Shown here: positions 24,686-38,700 of the stretch, piece after piece
How the letters are laid out: every line of letters starts with the position of its first letter
Numbering within the stretch: the first letter of the stretch is position 1
Origin: Utricularia gibba
Taxonomy: Eukaryota; Plantae; Magnoliophyta
NCBI GenBank assembly: GCA_002189035.1
Contig: CM007992.1
Span: 1,984,001-2,048,000 of the forward strand
Reading direction: 5' to 3'
Length of the DNA stretch: 64,000 nt
The notes under the pieces: generated by a model
Told to the model about the DNA's origin: nothing
Databases searched by the model: none
Seen by the model: only the letters and a program-made list of their open reading frames with translations
Program-made: the position numbers and the translations under genes

Positions 24686-27600
24686 AAGCTGTACTGAAGT
24701 TTAGTTGTGTACCCATTGCATCTTGCAAGCCTTTCCAGAATCTGGACACAAATCTGGTATCCCGGTCTGAAACGATGCTGAGGGGTACGCCATGAAGCCT
24801 GACTAATTCTGAAATGTACCTTTCAGCGAACTTATCAATTCCATCAATTTCCTTGATCGCTAGGAAGTGAGCCACCTTCGTTAGTCTATCCACAATCACC
24901 CATATTGCATTATGCTTCTTGAATGTTCTTGGCAGCCCCATTACGAAATCCATTGTGACATGATCAAACTTCCATTCCGGAATTTGCAGTGGCTGTAGTT
25001 CACCTCCCGGCCTCTGGTGTTCAGCTTTGACTCTTTGGCAAGTGTCACACTTTGCAACGAACTCAGCCACACTTCTCTTCATACCGGGCCACCACCACAT
25101 AGCTCTCATGTCCCTATACATTTTGTTGCTTTCGGGATGCACTGAAAACGCAGAACTGTGAGCTTCCCCAAGATTTTCTGCTTCAATTCAGGTTTATTCG
25201 CCACAGCGATCCTATCTTTAAACCTCAAAACACCCGCTAACGAAATGTTGAAGTCCCCTGCTTTGTTTCCTCTCAGGACGTTCTGCTTGTACTTCTAAAT
25301 TTCTGTTTCAAACATCTGTGCCTCATTAGCTTCTTCAACATGTGTGGGAGTAGCTAGGAGAGTGTGAAGCCGCACTTCTTTATCTGTGTCAAGCATCTCC
25401 ATTCTTAGTTCAGAAAGTCGCTTGATTAACAATGCGACTACCCTCCCCTGACTCTTCCTACTAAGTGCATCAGCAACGGCATTGGCCTTACCAGGGTGAT
25501 ACTTGATCTCAAGATCATAGTCCTTAAGAAGCTCCAGCCATCTTCTTTGTCTCATGTTCAATTCTTTTTGCGTGAGTATATGTTTCAAACTCTGATCATC
25601 TGTATAAACCTCACACCTTGAACCATAGTGGTAGTGCTGCCAAATTTTGAGAGCAAACACAACTGCACCCAGCTCCAGGTCGTGGGTTGCATAGTTTGTC
25701 TCATGAGGTTTCAACTTCCGAGAGGCATATGCAATCACTTTGCCCTACTGCATCAAGACACACCCCAACCCTTCCTTGGATGCATCACTGTAAACCACAA
25801 AATCCTCATCCATCCTAGGTAATAGAAGTACAGGTGCTGTGGTGAGCTTTTCTTTCAGTAGCAGGAAGCTCCTCTCACATTGCTCACTCCAGTCGTATTT
25901 TGCTCCCTTCTTCGTCAATTCTGTGAGAGGGCCGGCTATCTTTGAAAACCCCTCAATAAACTTCCTGTAATATCCAGCCAAGCCCAAGAAGCTTCGAATT
26001 TCCTTCGGGCTTTCCGGTTGAGCCCACTCCTTAACTGCTGCAACCTTATCAGGATCAACCCTTATGCCATCAGTAGATACTATGTGGCCAAGGAAGGCAA
26101 TACTGGACAGCCAAAGGTCACACTTGCTCAGTTTTCCGTAAAGTTGGTTCTCTCTCATATGCTGCAGTACAACTCTTAGGTGTTCACCATGTTGCTGCTC
26201 ATCCTTTGAATAAATCAGAATATCATCAATGAATACAACAACAAAGTTGTCCAAGTATGGCTTGAAAACTCTATTCATCAGATCCATAAACACGGCTGGC
26301 GCAATTGGTTAACCCAAAGGGAACCACTGTGCACTCAAAATGCCCATACCTAGTTCTAAAAGCTGTCTTAGGAATATCCTTCTCCTTCACACGCAATTGA
26401 TGGTACCCTAAGCGTAAATCCAATTTGGAGAAAACCGTAGCTCCTTGCAGTTGGTCAAATTAATCATCTATTCTTGGTAATGGATACTTATTCTTTACTG
26501 TCACCTTGTTGAGCTCTCGGTAATCATAGCACAGTCTCAAACTTCCATCTTTCTTCTTGACAAATAGAACTGGCGCTCCCCATGGTGATGTACTTGGCCT
26601 TATGCGTCCCATGTCTAGTAGATCACGAAGTTGCTTTTTTAGCTCGATCAATTCTCGAGGTGCCATGCGGTACGGAGCCTTGGATATTGGTTGGGCGTTT
26701 GGCAGCAACTCAATTGACAGCTCCACTTTCCTTTTTGGAGGATGACTTGGTAGCTCATCAGGGAAGACATCACTAAACTCATTTACAACCGGAATGTCCT
26801 CTATCCTCTTCTCCTTAGGTTGTGTGGTGATGAAAGCTATGTACCCCATGCACTCACTAATTGGTGTGTTGGGGAAATTATCTGAAGACACATCCTTCTC
26901 AAACCGTAGTAGCTTTCCATCCTTTAGTCTTAGTTCCCACAATCGACTAACACCTCATACTTAGCCAGCCAATCCATTCCCAAGATTACATCAAAGTCAA
27001 AGAGTTCTAACTCCCTTAAATCCACTGGAAGCCACTTGCTACAAATTTCAACCAGGCATTGGGGGTATATCTTCCTAGATCTAAGTTTATGAGGCCCTGC
27101 TGGGGTTACCACCTTTGTAAACACATCCTCAGCTACCTTATCTAATAAGCGACCAAATCTCTTGGACACAAACGAATGGGTAGCACCACAATCAATTAAC
27201 ACATAAGCCGGAATGAATTCAACTAAGAGTATACCTGTGATAACATTATCATGCTTAGCGCTCTCTGCTTCAGTCAATGCAAACACTCGAGCCTTTGTGG
27301 TCCCCCTATCCTTCCTCGTACCTCCCTGCACCGTTCCAGCATTCCTAGTTGGGCAACCAGCAATTAGATGACCTTCCTTTCCGCAAGCAAAGCATGCCCG
27401 AGTCCCAAGCCGACATTCTCCTGGATGTCGCTTATGATGCCTAGTACACTCTGGGTAAGCAGTAGGAGTAGGGCCTGTCGGTTTGAAAGGTCGTTTGGAT
27501 GGTAGGTTCCCTCCCCTGATTTCCAAAGGTCGTTTCCTTTGCATTGCCAGATCCTTCCTCCTCAAATCAGTCTCCACCCTTATGGCTATGCCCACAACAT

Positions 27601-27745
27601 CTGCAAAATTTGTTCTTTTGTGTCCTGCAAATGCCATCCTTATCCTTCCATCCAAACCCTCAATGAACTTGTGTGTTTTCGCCTTTTCTTCAGCCATGAG
27701 TTCTTTTACTTGGCGTTGGATTTCTTTGGTTTCTTCAGGGTTGGC
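24686..27745 (-). mobile_element. Tekay/Del-like Ty3/gypsy internal fragment (gag knuckle, protease, RT, RNase H, integrase core), no LTRs, frameshifted
   Basis: ORFs 26930-27697 (LIDCGATHSF), 26460-26942 (PYRMAP…[16 protein letters not shown]), 25745-26293 (FIDDILIYS), 25295-25738 ([14 protein letters not shown]) and 24351-25142 (KAEHQRPGG…IPEWK). Confidence 0.87.
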
Positions 27746-29370
27746 CCCTCACTATTTTCACATCACTCATTTTTGCAATAAGGCATTCCACTTCTTTTTT
27801 TCTCACAACTCCTTCATTCACGTCTTTCTTTTCATTTTTTTTTTTAGATGTTCTTTTCCTTTCTTGTGATATCTCTTTTTTAAGAGTAGGAAGATGGAGT
27901 TTATCCACCATGAGAGTACTAGCTACGTTTGTGCAACTGCCTCCATCGATTATTAGGCTGCAAACTTTTCCATTCACAAAGTTTTCATGTTGCTCCTCCA
28001 TTGGCTTAGCATCCATGGCTAAAGTCCTTGTTACCAAACTTTCACGAATGACAGGTTGTTGTTCACCATCATCTATCTCTTGTTCTTCACTTCCACCTTC
28101 ACTCTCAACTTCAGATTCAACATCTCCTGAATCCCTTAGAATCATGGTCCTCTTGTTTGGGCATTCTTAAGCAATATGACCATGGCCAAGACATGTGAAA
28201 CACTTGATATTTCGTGTTAGTCCAGATGACTTAAATACTCTTTCCTGGTTTCGAGTATCTGAAGTGCCCTCTTTCATCGGTCCAAACTTCGTTGATTTCC
28301 TAAATGAAGGATAACTTGTTTTCTTCCAGCAACATTCCACGAAGTATAGGGTTTTGAATGGTCTCTATGTTGTCCTTTAGATTTTAATTGCTTCTCAATC
28401 TTTATTGCAACGTGCAACATATCTTCAATCTCCACATAGTGTTGCAACTCGTCCACATGAGAGATTTCCTTATTGAAACCATAGAGCTTCTACAAGTTTT
28501 GGTGTTGATCTCTTTGCTAATGGCTGGGAATGAACCTTTTTCTCACGATCCTCTTCATTTCATCCCAAGTTCGAATTGATTCTTCATCATTTCGTCTTCT
28601 GTTTAGTACTATTTTATCCCACCAACTTATGGCATAATATGTAAATTCAACAACATCAAGCTTAATCTTCTTGGCTTCAGAATAGTTGTGACAGTCAAAC
28701 ACATGCTCCACACGAGTCCCCCACTCCAAGTAGGCATTTGGATCGTTTTTCCCTTGAAAATAAGGGATTTTCATCTTGATGTTGTCAAATTCCTTGTATA
28801 CACGTGTGTGTCTACCCCTTGGTCTTTCATCATATGTTACATCACGATTTCACCTCCAATTTCTTTGAGATCTTCGTTGTATATCATCACCACCAGATAA
28901 ATCATACTCATCAGGGATGTTGTTGTTGTTTCTCCTTTGTTCACCATCCCTTGCCTCTTCAGCTTCAGATTCTGAATCTTTTTCTAGTTGAGAATTCCTT
29001 TTGCTATGGTGTGTTGGAACTCTTGTTCTTCCATGGGAAACACTGTCTTCTTCTTACTTTTTGATGTTTTTGAGAGACTCATCATGTTCCTCTAATTTGA
29101 AGTTCATTTGTTCCATGCATCTTTGCAATCTCCTAAATTCACTTTGCATTGCATTAAGTACGAAACGAACATCCATAGCACCTGATTCTTCTGCAGGGTT
29201 GTTTGAGCTGGACATCCTACTATCAGAATAAAGTGTAGACAAAAGCAAGGAAAGAGAACAACAAAAGAAGAATTGAAGTAAAATAAAATAAAAGGAGAGA
29301 ATTTCCAAACCTCAAGTCCTCTTGAACTTTAAGACTCAATAAACCTTAAATAATCAATCTAAGTGTGGTT
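27746..29370 (-). mobile_element. CRM-type gag-protease fragment with leader, degenerate
   Basis: KIPYFQGKNDPNAYLEW…HNYSEAKKIKL, LIIDGGSCTN. It is homologous to 9252-11184. Confidence 0.85.
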
Positions 29371-30409
29371 TGTTGTTGCAAGAAAAATAGAGTCTTGGGA
29401 AGTAACAAAAAGGTAATGCTTATGAGATCACCTTAGATGAAAAACGACTCATGAACAATAATAATGACCGAAAACCTAATGACACGCATTCCTAGTAGGG
29501 TTTATATATACCCAATACCTAGGTTACCCAACAGTGGGCCACAATCATTGAAAACACACAAAAAGCCCAACAACTCAAATCCAACACTTCCATGCTCGAA
29601 CCCAATACCTTTTTTATCTGAAATATGACATTATGACACATGTTTAGTTCTTCCAATCACCTTCAAGGTTTGGATTGAGGCTGATCTCCAACATTCCCCC
29701 CCAGACCGAGATCTCCCAATTTTAGAAAGTCTTCCATAGTCATGAGATTCATGTTCTTCCTTGCTAACTCAAACTGAACTCTGTTCAAACCTTTGGTGAG
29801 CCCATCAGCAAGCTGATTCCCACTCTCAACATATTGCACTTTAATCTTCTTCTCCTTGATGTAATTCCTTATGACATGATATCTGATTCTTATATGTTTG
29901 GCTTTGCTGAAGTTCGTCAGATCCTTGGCAATGGAGATTGCAGCTCGATTATCCATAAGCAGATGTGTAGCTTCCTGTTGTATGAATCCAAGTTCGTTTA
30001 GCATCTGCCTGAACCAAACACAATAGTTCGAAGCATGTGCTGCTGAGATGTATTCTGCTTCAGCTGTTGATTGTGCTACCACTTTTTGTTTCTTCGAAAA
30101 CCAGACTACAGGGCACTTATTTAAGAAGAAGAGTGCACCAGATGTACTCTTGCTATCTTCAGCCATACCATAATCACTATCTGAGTAGGCTCTAAGTTTC
30201 AAGACTGGTTTTTCACCTTCATAGGGATAGAACAATCCGAAATCAGTAGATGATTTTATGTACCTGAAAGCTCTTTTCACACCTGCCATGTGAGTTGTTG
30301 TTGGTTTGTTGAGGAAGCGAGATAAGACGTTTACACAAAAACACAAGTCAGGCCTTGAATGCTGGAGATAAATGAGGCTTCCAATCATACTTCTATAAGT
30401 AGTGGCATC

Positions 30410-33400
30410 TGTTGGAGATCAGCCTCAATCCAAAGTTTGAAGGTGATTGGAAGCACTAATCTTGTGTCATAATGTTATATTTCAGATAAAAGGTGTTGAG
30501 TTCGAGCATGGAAGTGTTGAATTCGAGTTGTTGGGCTTTTTGTGTGTTTTCAATAATTGTGGCCCACTGTTGGGTAACCTAGGTATTGGGTATATATAAA
30601 CCCTACTAGGAATGCGTGTCAATTAGGGTTTTGGTCATTCTTATTGTTCATGAGTCGTTTTTCATTCAAAGTGATCTCAGAAGCATTACCTTTTTGTTAC
30701 TTCCCAAGACTCTCTTTTTCTTGCATCAACATGGTATCGGAGCAGTAAGGTTCTCAAACCTGTGCTCGTTTCAGTATTTTATTTACCGTTCAGCGTTTTT
30801 TACTTGGTGGATTACAAAATATCAACCCAAAGCTTTTCAAGCGGTGGCTATGATGGCATCTGGTAGAGGACCTCCAATATTTGATGGTTCAGAGTATGGA
30901 AGTTGGGTCAAAAAGATGCGCAGCTACCTTCGGGTCAGAAAGATTTGGGATGTTGTTGAAAGGGAGATTCCGGCTATTACAATAACAAGCAAATCCACAT
31001 CAGAACAGCAAGAGGAAGCTGAGTATCTTCAACAGAGAAAAGATGAAGCAATGGATGCCTTGTATCAAGCCATCTCTGAACATCTATTTGATGATATTGC
31101 AGAGTGTCAATCAGCAAAAGAAATATGGAATACTCTCAAATCCCATTATGAAGGCGATGCCAAACTCAGAGAGATATTATGCAAAAACAAGCTGGAGGAC
31201 TTTGAGAGGAACAAAATGTTAGACAATGAAACCATACAAGTCTATTATGAACGTACTGCGAAGCTTGTGAAGGAGATTCGAGGATTGGGGAAAAACTTGA
31301 GGATCAAAAGGTGATTAGCAAGGCAATCATGAGCCTACCTGCAAGATTCGAGCCAAAGTTATGTGCATTTGAGACAGAAAGAAAAATCTTTGACATTATT
31401 GAAGGAAAGCTCCATCAGCTGTATCCTGAATATCCTGTTACACCAGAGCCAACATTTAGAGAGTTCATGATTGAGTTGCAATCTACAGAAAAGAGATTGG
31501 AACTAAGAGATGGTTATGAAGTTGAGAAAACTTATGGTGAAGCTGCTCTCCTCACCAAAATGCAGAATATGAATGTAACCTCAGGTGCAATTAACAATGT
31601 CAAAGATGTCAAGTCAACAGCCATCAAACAATCACCAACGTCAATCCAAACATCAACGATGGGCAATCAGAAGTGCAGGCATTGTGACAAATCCAACCAT
31701 AAGAGTGAAGATTGTTGGACTTTAAGCACAAATGCTTGCAAGCATTGCAACAAACAGAATCACAGGAGTGAGTTTTGTTGGTGGAAGCCTGATGCTTTGT
31801 GCACGAAATGCAATCAAAGAGGCCATCTTGATAAGGTATGTGGAATGTCCAATCCAATAAAAGTTGAACATAACAAGAAGACTACTTCCAGGGAAGAGAA
31901 ATCACATGCATCCTTTACCTACTTTGAAGATGAGCCAGAAATATCTTTTGAAAATCCTTTTGAGTATGAGTGTGCTCTAATGACAGTAGCCTCAGATGCT
32001 AAAGATTGGTACTTGGACTCTGGTGCCTCCTATCATGTATGTTGTGATACAAGGTCATTTCTCAAGCTTGAAAGGATTGGGAAGGAGGTAAGCACGTGCA
32101 CTGGTGAAAATATTGGCACTGTGGGCAAAGGAAGCATTTTACTCTTGCTAAAAGAAGGAATTGTTCAAGTTGATGATGTTTATTATTCACCAAACCTCAA
32201 ACAGAACCTGTTGAGCTTTGGCCAATTGAGCAGGCAAGGTTTTGACATTGAGCTGATGAAGGATGCTGGTGGTATAACCACTAAAGTTAAGGTTGCTGAT
32301 CCAAAAACGAAGATTGAATTCCATGCTGTGTTGACCACCTACAACCTCTACCAAATCATGGTCAGTGATCATAAAAGTTGTATTTTCTCACTTCAGGATC
32401 AAAGCAGCCTTTGGCACAAACGTTTTGGGCACTATAGCTTCAACAATTTGAAAATATTGCAGAAGAATAAGGAAGTACTGGAATTGAAAGACATCAAGTT
32501 TGCTAATGCCATATGTGAAGTGTGCCATCAAGGTAAGCAATGTAGAAAGCCGTTTTATTCCAGTGATTCAGTAGCAAAGGAGAAATTAGAGCTTGTGCAT
32601 ACAGATGTTTGTGGACCATTTAAGGAATGTTCATTAGGGGGGAGTAGATATTTTGTTACATTCATTGATGATTATTCACGTTATTGTTGGGTTTACTTTC
32701 TTAAAAGCAAGTCAGAAGTTCATCATATCTTTCGAAAATTCAAAGTGATGATTGAGAATCAGAGTGGATGCTCTTTGAAGATGATTAGATCAGACAATGG
32801 AGGCGAATTCTACAATAATAGCATGAGAATGTTCTGTGAAAATGAGGGAATCATGCATCAATTCACCGTACCATATTCTCCACAACAGAATGGTGTATGT
32901 GAAAGGAGAAACAGAACAATCCTTGATATGTCAAGATGTCTATTGTTTGAGAAAGATCTTCCTGTAAATTTCTGGGCTGAAGCGGTATCTACATCTGTAT
33001 ATCTATTGAACTTGCTTCCCTCAAGGGCGATTAGTGGAAAAACCGCGCATGAAAAATGGCATGGTTATATTAAAAAGGTTGATCATCTCAGAATCTTTGG
33101 TAGTCTGTGTTTTACTCATGTACCAGACCAAAAACGAGGAAAACTTGATAAGAAATCTGCATCTGGTGTATTTGTTGGTTATAGCAACACTACCAAGGGA
33201 TATAAAGTTTATTTACCTCAACATAAGAAATTTATTTTCAGCCATGATGTCACTTTTGATGAAGGTGCAAGGTATACTTTAATTGATAATTGCATTTCTC
33301 TGAATGATGTAGAAGCTTATAAAAGTGATGGAAGGCATAGCACCCATGGGAAAGGAGACCTCTGGACACACATGTCTCAAAACTTCTCTTCCAGGAATTC

Positions 33401-35711
33401 AACAAACCAAGAAACTTCAGAACTCGTTCATGAAGATTCAAATCAAGTAAATGATCAGCATTCAGATGAGAATTTTCCAGCTCCAGAGGAGGAGAAGGCC
33501 AATGATCTACATTCAGATGGGAATTTCGAAATCCCAGAAGAGGAGCAAGGCACGAATGCAGAAGACTCATCAACAGATGAATCTGATGGAGAGGAACCTG
33601 ATACTGATGATGAAGATTATTACCCATCTGATCGTGATTGGCAAAGGAGGAAACGCAAAAACATCAGAGATTCAATAGATAATGAAGATAGTCATGTTAC
33701 TGACATTAAACGAAGCAAAAGAAACAAGGCTCCTAAAATCAGTTTCTCCAAGTTGAATGATGATGTCCAAGATGCTGTAGCTGATATTTTGGCTGGATTA
33801 TTGACAGGAGATCCGACATCATTTGAAGTGGCTGTACAAAATCCGAAATGGAGAGAGGCCATGAAGGAAGAAATGAACTCTATACTTGAAAATGAAACAT
33901 GGGAGTTAGTTGATAAACCCAAGGATAGAGGTTTCAAACCTATTGGCCTCAAGTGGTTATTCAAAACCAAGATAAATGCAGATGGCTCTATCAACAAATA
34001 TAAGGCTAGATTAGTAGCCAAGGGATATAGTCAGATCAAAGGAATAAATTTTCATGAGATTTTTGCACCAGTAGCAAGATTTGACACGATTAAAGTACTT
34101 CTTGCCATCTCAGCTGCTCATGGATGGAAAGTGCATCACATGGATGTCAAGACTGCGTTCTTAAATGGTGTGTTGGAGGAGGTTGTTTTTGTTGAACAAC
34201 CAAAGGGCTTCGAAGTGTCAGGTCATGAAGACAAGGTATTGAAGCTAAAGAAATCTCTCTATGGGTTGAAGCAAGCTCCTAGAGCATGGAATGAACGCAT
34301 GGATAACTTTCTCCAGGGTATTGGTTTCAGAAAAACATATAGTGATTACTCATTATATGTTAAAGGAAAAGAAGATGATCGTTTATTTATTAGCTTATAT
34401 GTGGATGATCTTATGATTACCTCAGGTAATGAAAGGAAGATTGAGGAATTCAAAGCTCTACTCAAAAATGAATTCAAGATGACTGACCTTGGAATGATGT
34501 CCTATTATCTAGGCATGGAAATTCATCAATTTGAAGGTGTTGGAACATTCATATCTCAGAAAAAGTACTGTAATGAACTTCTTGAAAGGTTTGGGTTCAA
34601 AGATGTCAATCCTTCAAAAACGCCTTTGGATTACAAACAAGTGATTGGAGAGAACAATCAGGGAAAGAATGTGGATGCCATTACATATAGAAGTATGATT
34701 GGAAGCCTCATTTATCTCCAGCATACAAGGCCTGACTTGTGTTTTTGTGTAAATGTCTTATCTCGCTTCCTCAACAAACCAACAACAACTCACATGGCAG
34801 CTGTGAAAAGAGCTTTCAGGTACATAAAATCTACTATTGATTTCGGATTGTTCTATCCCTATGAAGGTGAAAAACCAGTCTTGAAACTTAGAGCCTACTC
34901 AGATAGTGATTATGCTATGGCTGAAGATAGCAAGAGTACATATGGTGCACTCTTCTTCTTAAATAAGAGTCCTGTAGTCTGGTTTTCGAAGAAACAAAAA
35001 GTCGTAGCACAATCAACAGCTGAAGCAGAATACATCTCAGCAGCACATGCTTCGAACTATTGTGTTTGGTTGAGGCAGATGCTAAACGAACTTGGATTCA
35101 TACAAAAGGAAGCTACACATCTGCTTATGGATAATCGAGCTGCAATCTCCATTGCCAAAGATCCAACGAACTTCAGCAAAGCCAAGCACATAAGAATCAG
35201 GTATCATGTCATAAGGAATTACATCAAGGAGAAGAAGATTAAAGTGCAGTATGTTGAGAGTGGGAATCAGCTTGCTGATGGGCTCACCAAAGGTTTGAAC
35301 AGAGTTCAGTTTGAGCTAGCAAGGAAGAACATGAATCTCATGACTATAGAAGACTTTCTCAAGTTGGGAGATCTCGGTCTGGGGGGGAGTGTTGGAGATC
35401 AGCCTCAATCCAAAGTTTGAAGGTGATTGGAAGCACTAATCTTGTGTCATAATGTTATATTTCAGATAAAAGGTGTTGAGTTCGAGCATGGAAGTGTTGA
35501 ATTCGAGTTGTTGGGCTTTTTGTGTGTTTTCAATAATTGTGGCCCACTGTTGGGTAACCTAGGTATTGGGTATATATAAACCCTACTAGGAATGCGTGTC
35601 AATTAGGGTTTTGGTCATTCTTATTGTTCATGAGTCGTTTTTCATTCAAAGTGATCTCAGAAGCATTACCTTTTTGTTACTTCCCAAGACTCTCTTTTTC
35701 TTGCATCAACA
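30410..35711 (+). mobile_element. very young full-length copia, LTR-B x2 (30410-30731, 35390-35711), TSD GCATC
   Basis: The LTRs are identical by eye. GCATC lies at 30405-30409 and 35712-35716. The PBS is TGGTATCGGAGC (30732-30743), and a PPT precedes 35390. Confidence 0.97.
30850..35420 (+). pseudogene. gag-pol: copia gag-pol with a single -1 frameshift (G run at ~31287-31290)
   Basis: ORFs 30616-31314 and 31311-35420. GATTGGGGAAAAA here versus GATTGGGGGAAAAA in the other copies. Confidence 0.88.
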
Positions 35712-38700
35712 GCATCCACATTCTTTCCCTGATTGTTCTCTCCAATCACTTGTTTGTAATCCAAAGGCGTTTTTGAAGGATTGACATCTTTGAACCCAAA
35801 CCTTTCAAGAAGTTCATTACAGTACTTTTTCTGAGATATGAATGTTCCAACACCTTCAAGCTGATGAATTTCCATGCCTAGATAGTAAGACATCATTCCA
35901 AGGTCAGTCATTTTGAATTCATTTTTGAGCAGAGCTTTGAATTCCTCAATCTTCCTTTCATTACCTGAGGTAATCATAAGATCATCCACATATAAGCTAA
36001 TAAATAAACGATCATCTTCTTTTCCTTTAACATATAGTGAGTAATCACTATATGTTTTTCTGAAACCAATACCCTGAAGAAAGTTATCCATGCGTTCATT
36101 CCATGCTCTAGGAGCTTGCTTCAACCCATAGAGAGATTTCTTTAGCTTCAATACCTTGTCTTCATGACCTGACACTTCGAAGCCCTTTGGTTGTTCAACA
36201 AAAACAACCTCCTCCAACACACCATTTAAGAACGCAGTCTTGACATCCATGTGATGCACTTTCCATCCATGAGCAGCTGAAATGGCAAGAAGTACTTTAA
36301 TCGTGTCAAATCTTGCTACTGGTGCAAAAACCTCATGAAAATTTATTCCTTTGATCTGACTATATCCCTTGGCTACTAATCTAGCCTTATATTTGTTGAT
36401 AGAACCATCTGCATTCATCTTGGTTTTGAATAACCACTTGAGGCCAATAGGTTTGAAACCTCTATCCTTGGGTTTATCAACTAACTCCCATGTTTCATTT
36501 TCAAGTATAGAGTTCATTTCTTCCTTCATGGCCTCTCTCCATTTCGGATTTTGTACAGCCACTTCAAATGATGTCGGATCTCCTGTCAATAATCCAGCCA
36601 AAATATCAGCTACAGCATCTTGGACATCATCATTCAACTTGGAGAAACTTATTGTAGGAGCCTTGTTTCTTTTGCTTCGTCTAATGTCAGTAACATGACT
36701 ATCTTCATTATCTATTGAATCTCTGATGTTTTTGCGTTTCCTCCTTTGACAATCACGATCAGATGGGTAATAATCTTCATCATCAGTATCAGGTTCCTCT
36801 CCATCAGATTCATCTGTTGATGAGTCTTCTGCATTCGTGCCTTGCTCCTCTTCTGGGATTTCGAAATTCCCATCTGAATGTAGATCATTGGCCTTCTCCT
36901 CCTCTGGAGCTGGAAAATTCTCATCTGAATGCTGATCATTTACTTGATTTGAATCTTCATGAACGAGTTCTGAAGTTTCTTGGTTTGTTGAATTCCTGGA
37001 AGAGAAGTTTTGAGACATGTGTGTCCAGAGGTCTCCTTTCCCATGGGTGCTATGCCTTCCATCACTTTTATGAGCTTCTACATCATTCAGAGAAATGCAA
37101 TCATCAATTAAAGTATACCTTGCACCTTCATCAAAAGTGACATCATGGCTGAAAATAAATTTCTTATGTTGAGGTAAATAAACTTTATATCCCTTGGTAG
37201 TGTTGCTATAACCAACAAATACACCAGATGCAGATTTCTTATCAAGTTTTCCTCGTTTTTGGTCTGGTACATGAGTAAAACACAGACTACCAAAGATTCT
37301 GAGATGATCAACCTTTTTAATATAACCATGCCATTTTTCATGCGCGGTTTTTCCACTAATCGCCCTTGAGGGAAGCAAGTTCAATAGATATACAGATGTA
37401 GATACCGCTTCAGCCCAGAAATTTACAGGAAGATCTTTCTCAAACAATAGACATCTTGACATATCAAGGATTGTTCTGTTTCTCCTTTCACATACACCAT
37501 TCTGTTGTGGAGAATATGGTACGGTGAATTGATGCATGATTCCCTCATTTTCACAGAACATTCTCATGCTATTATTGTAGAATTCGCCTCCATTGTCTGA
37601 TCTAATCATCTTCAAAGAGCATCCACTCTGATTCTCAATCATCACTTTGAATTTTCGAAAGATATGATGAACTTCTGACTTGCTTTTAAGAAAGTAAACC
37701 CAACAATAACGTGAATAATCATCAATGAATGTAACAAAATATCTACTCCCCCCTAATGAACATTCCTTAAATGGTCCACAAACATCTGTATGCACAAGCT
37801 CTAATTTCTCCTTTGCTACTGAATCACTGGAATAAAACGGCTTTCTACATTGCTTACCTTGATGGCACACTTCACATATGGCATTAGCAAACTTGATGTC
37901 TTTCAATTCCAGTACTTCCTTATTCTTCTGCAATATTTTCAAATTGTTGAAGCTATAGTGCCCAAAACGTTTGTGCCAAAGGCTGCTTTGATCCTGAAGT
38001 GAGAAAATACAACTTTTATGATCACTGACCATGATTTGGTAGAGGTTGTAGGTGGTCAACACAGCATGGAATTCAATCTTCGTTTTTGGATCAGCAACCT
38101 TAACTTTAGTGGTTATACCACCAGCATCCTTCATCAGCTCAATGTCAAAACCTTGCCTGCTCAATTGGCCAAAGCTCAACAGGTTCTGTTTGAGGTTTGG
38201 TGAATAATAAACATCATCAACTTGAACAATTCCTTCTTTTAGCAAGAGTAAAATGCTTCCTTTGCCCACAGTGCCAATATTTTCACCAGTGCACGTGCTT
38301 ACCTCCTTCCCAATCCTTTCAAGCTTGAGAAATGACCTTGTATCACAACATACATGATAGGAGGCACCAGAGTCCAAGTACCAATCTTTAGCATCTGAGG
38401 CTACTGTCATTAGAGCACACTCATACTCAAAAGGATTTTCAAAAGATATTTCTGGCTCATCTTCAAAGTAGGTAAAGGATGCATGTGATTTCTCTTCCCT
38501 GGAAGTAGTCTTCTTGTTATGTTCAACTTTTATTGGATTGGACATTCCACATACCTTATCAAGATGGCCTCTTTGATTGCATTTCGTGCACAAAGCATCA
38601 GGCTTCCACCAACAAAACTCACTCCTGTGATTCTGTTTGTTGCAATGCTTGCAAGCATTTGTGCTTAAAGTCCAACAATCTTCACTCTTATGGTTGGATT

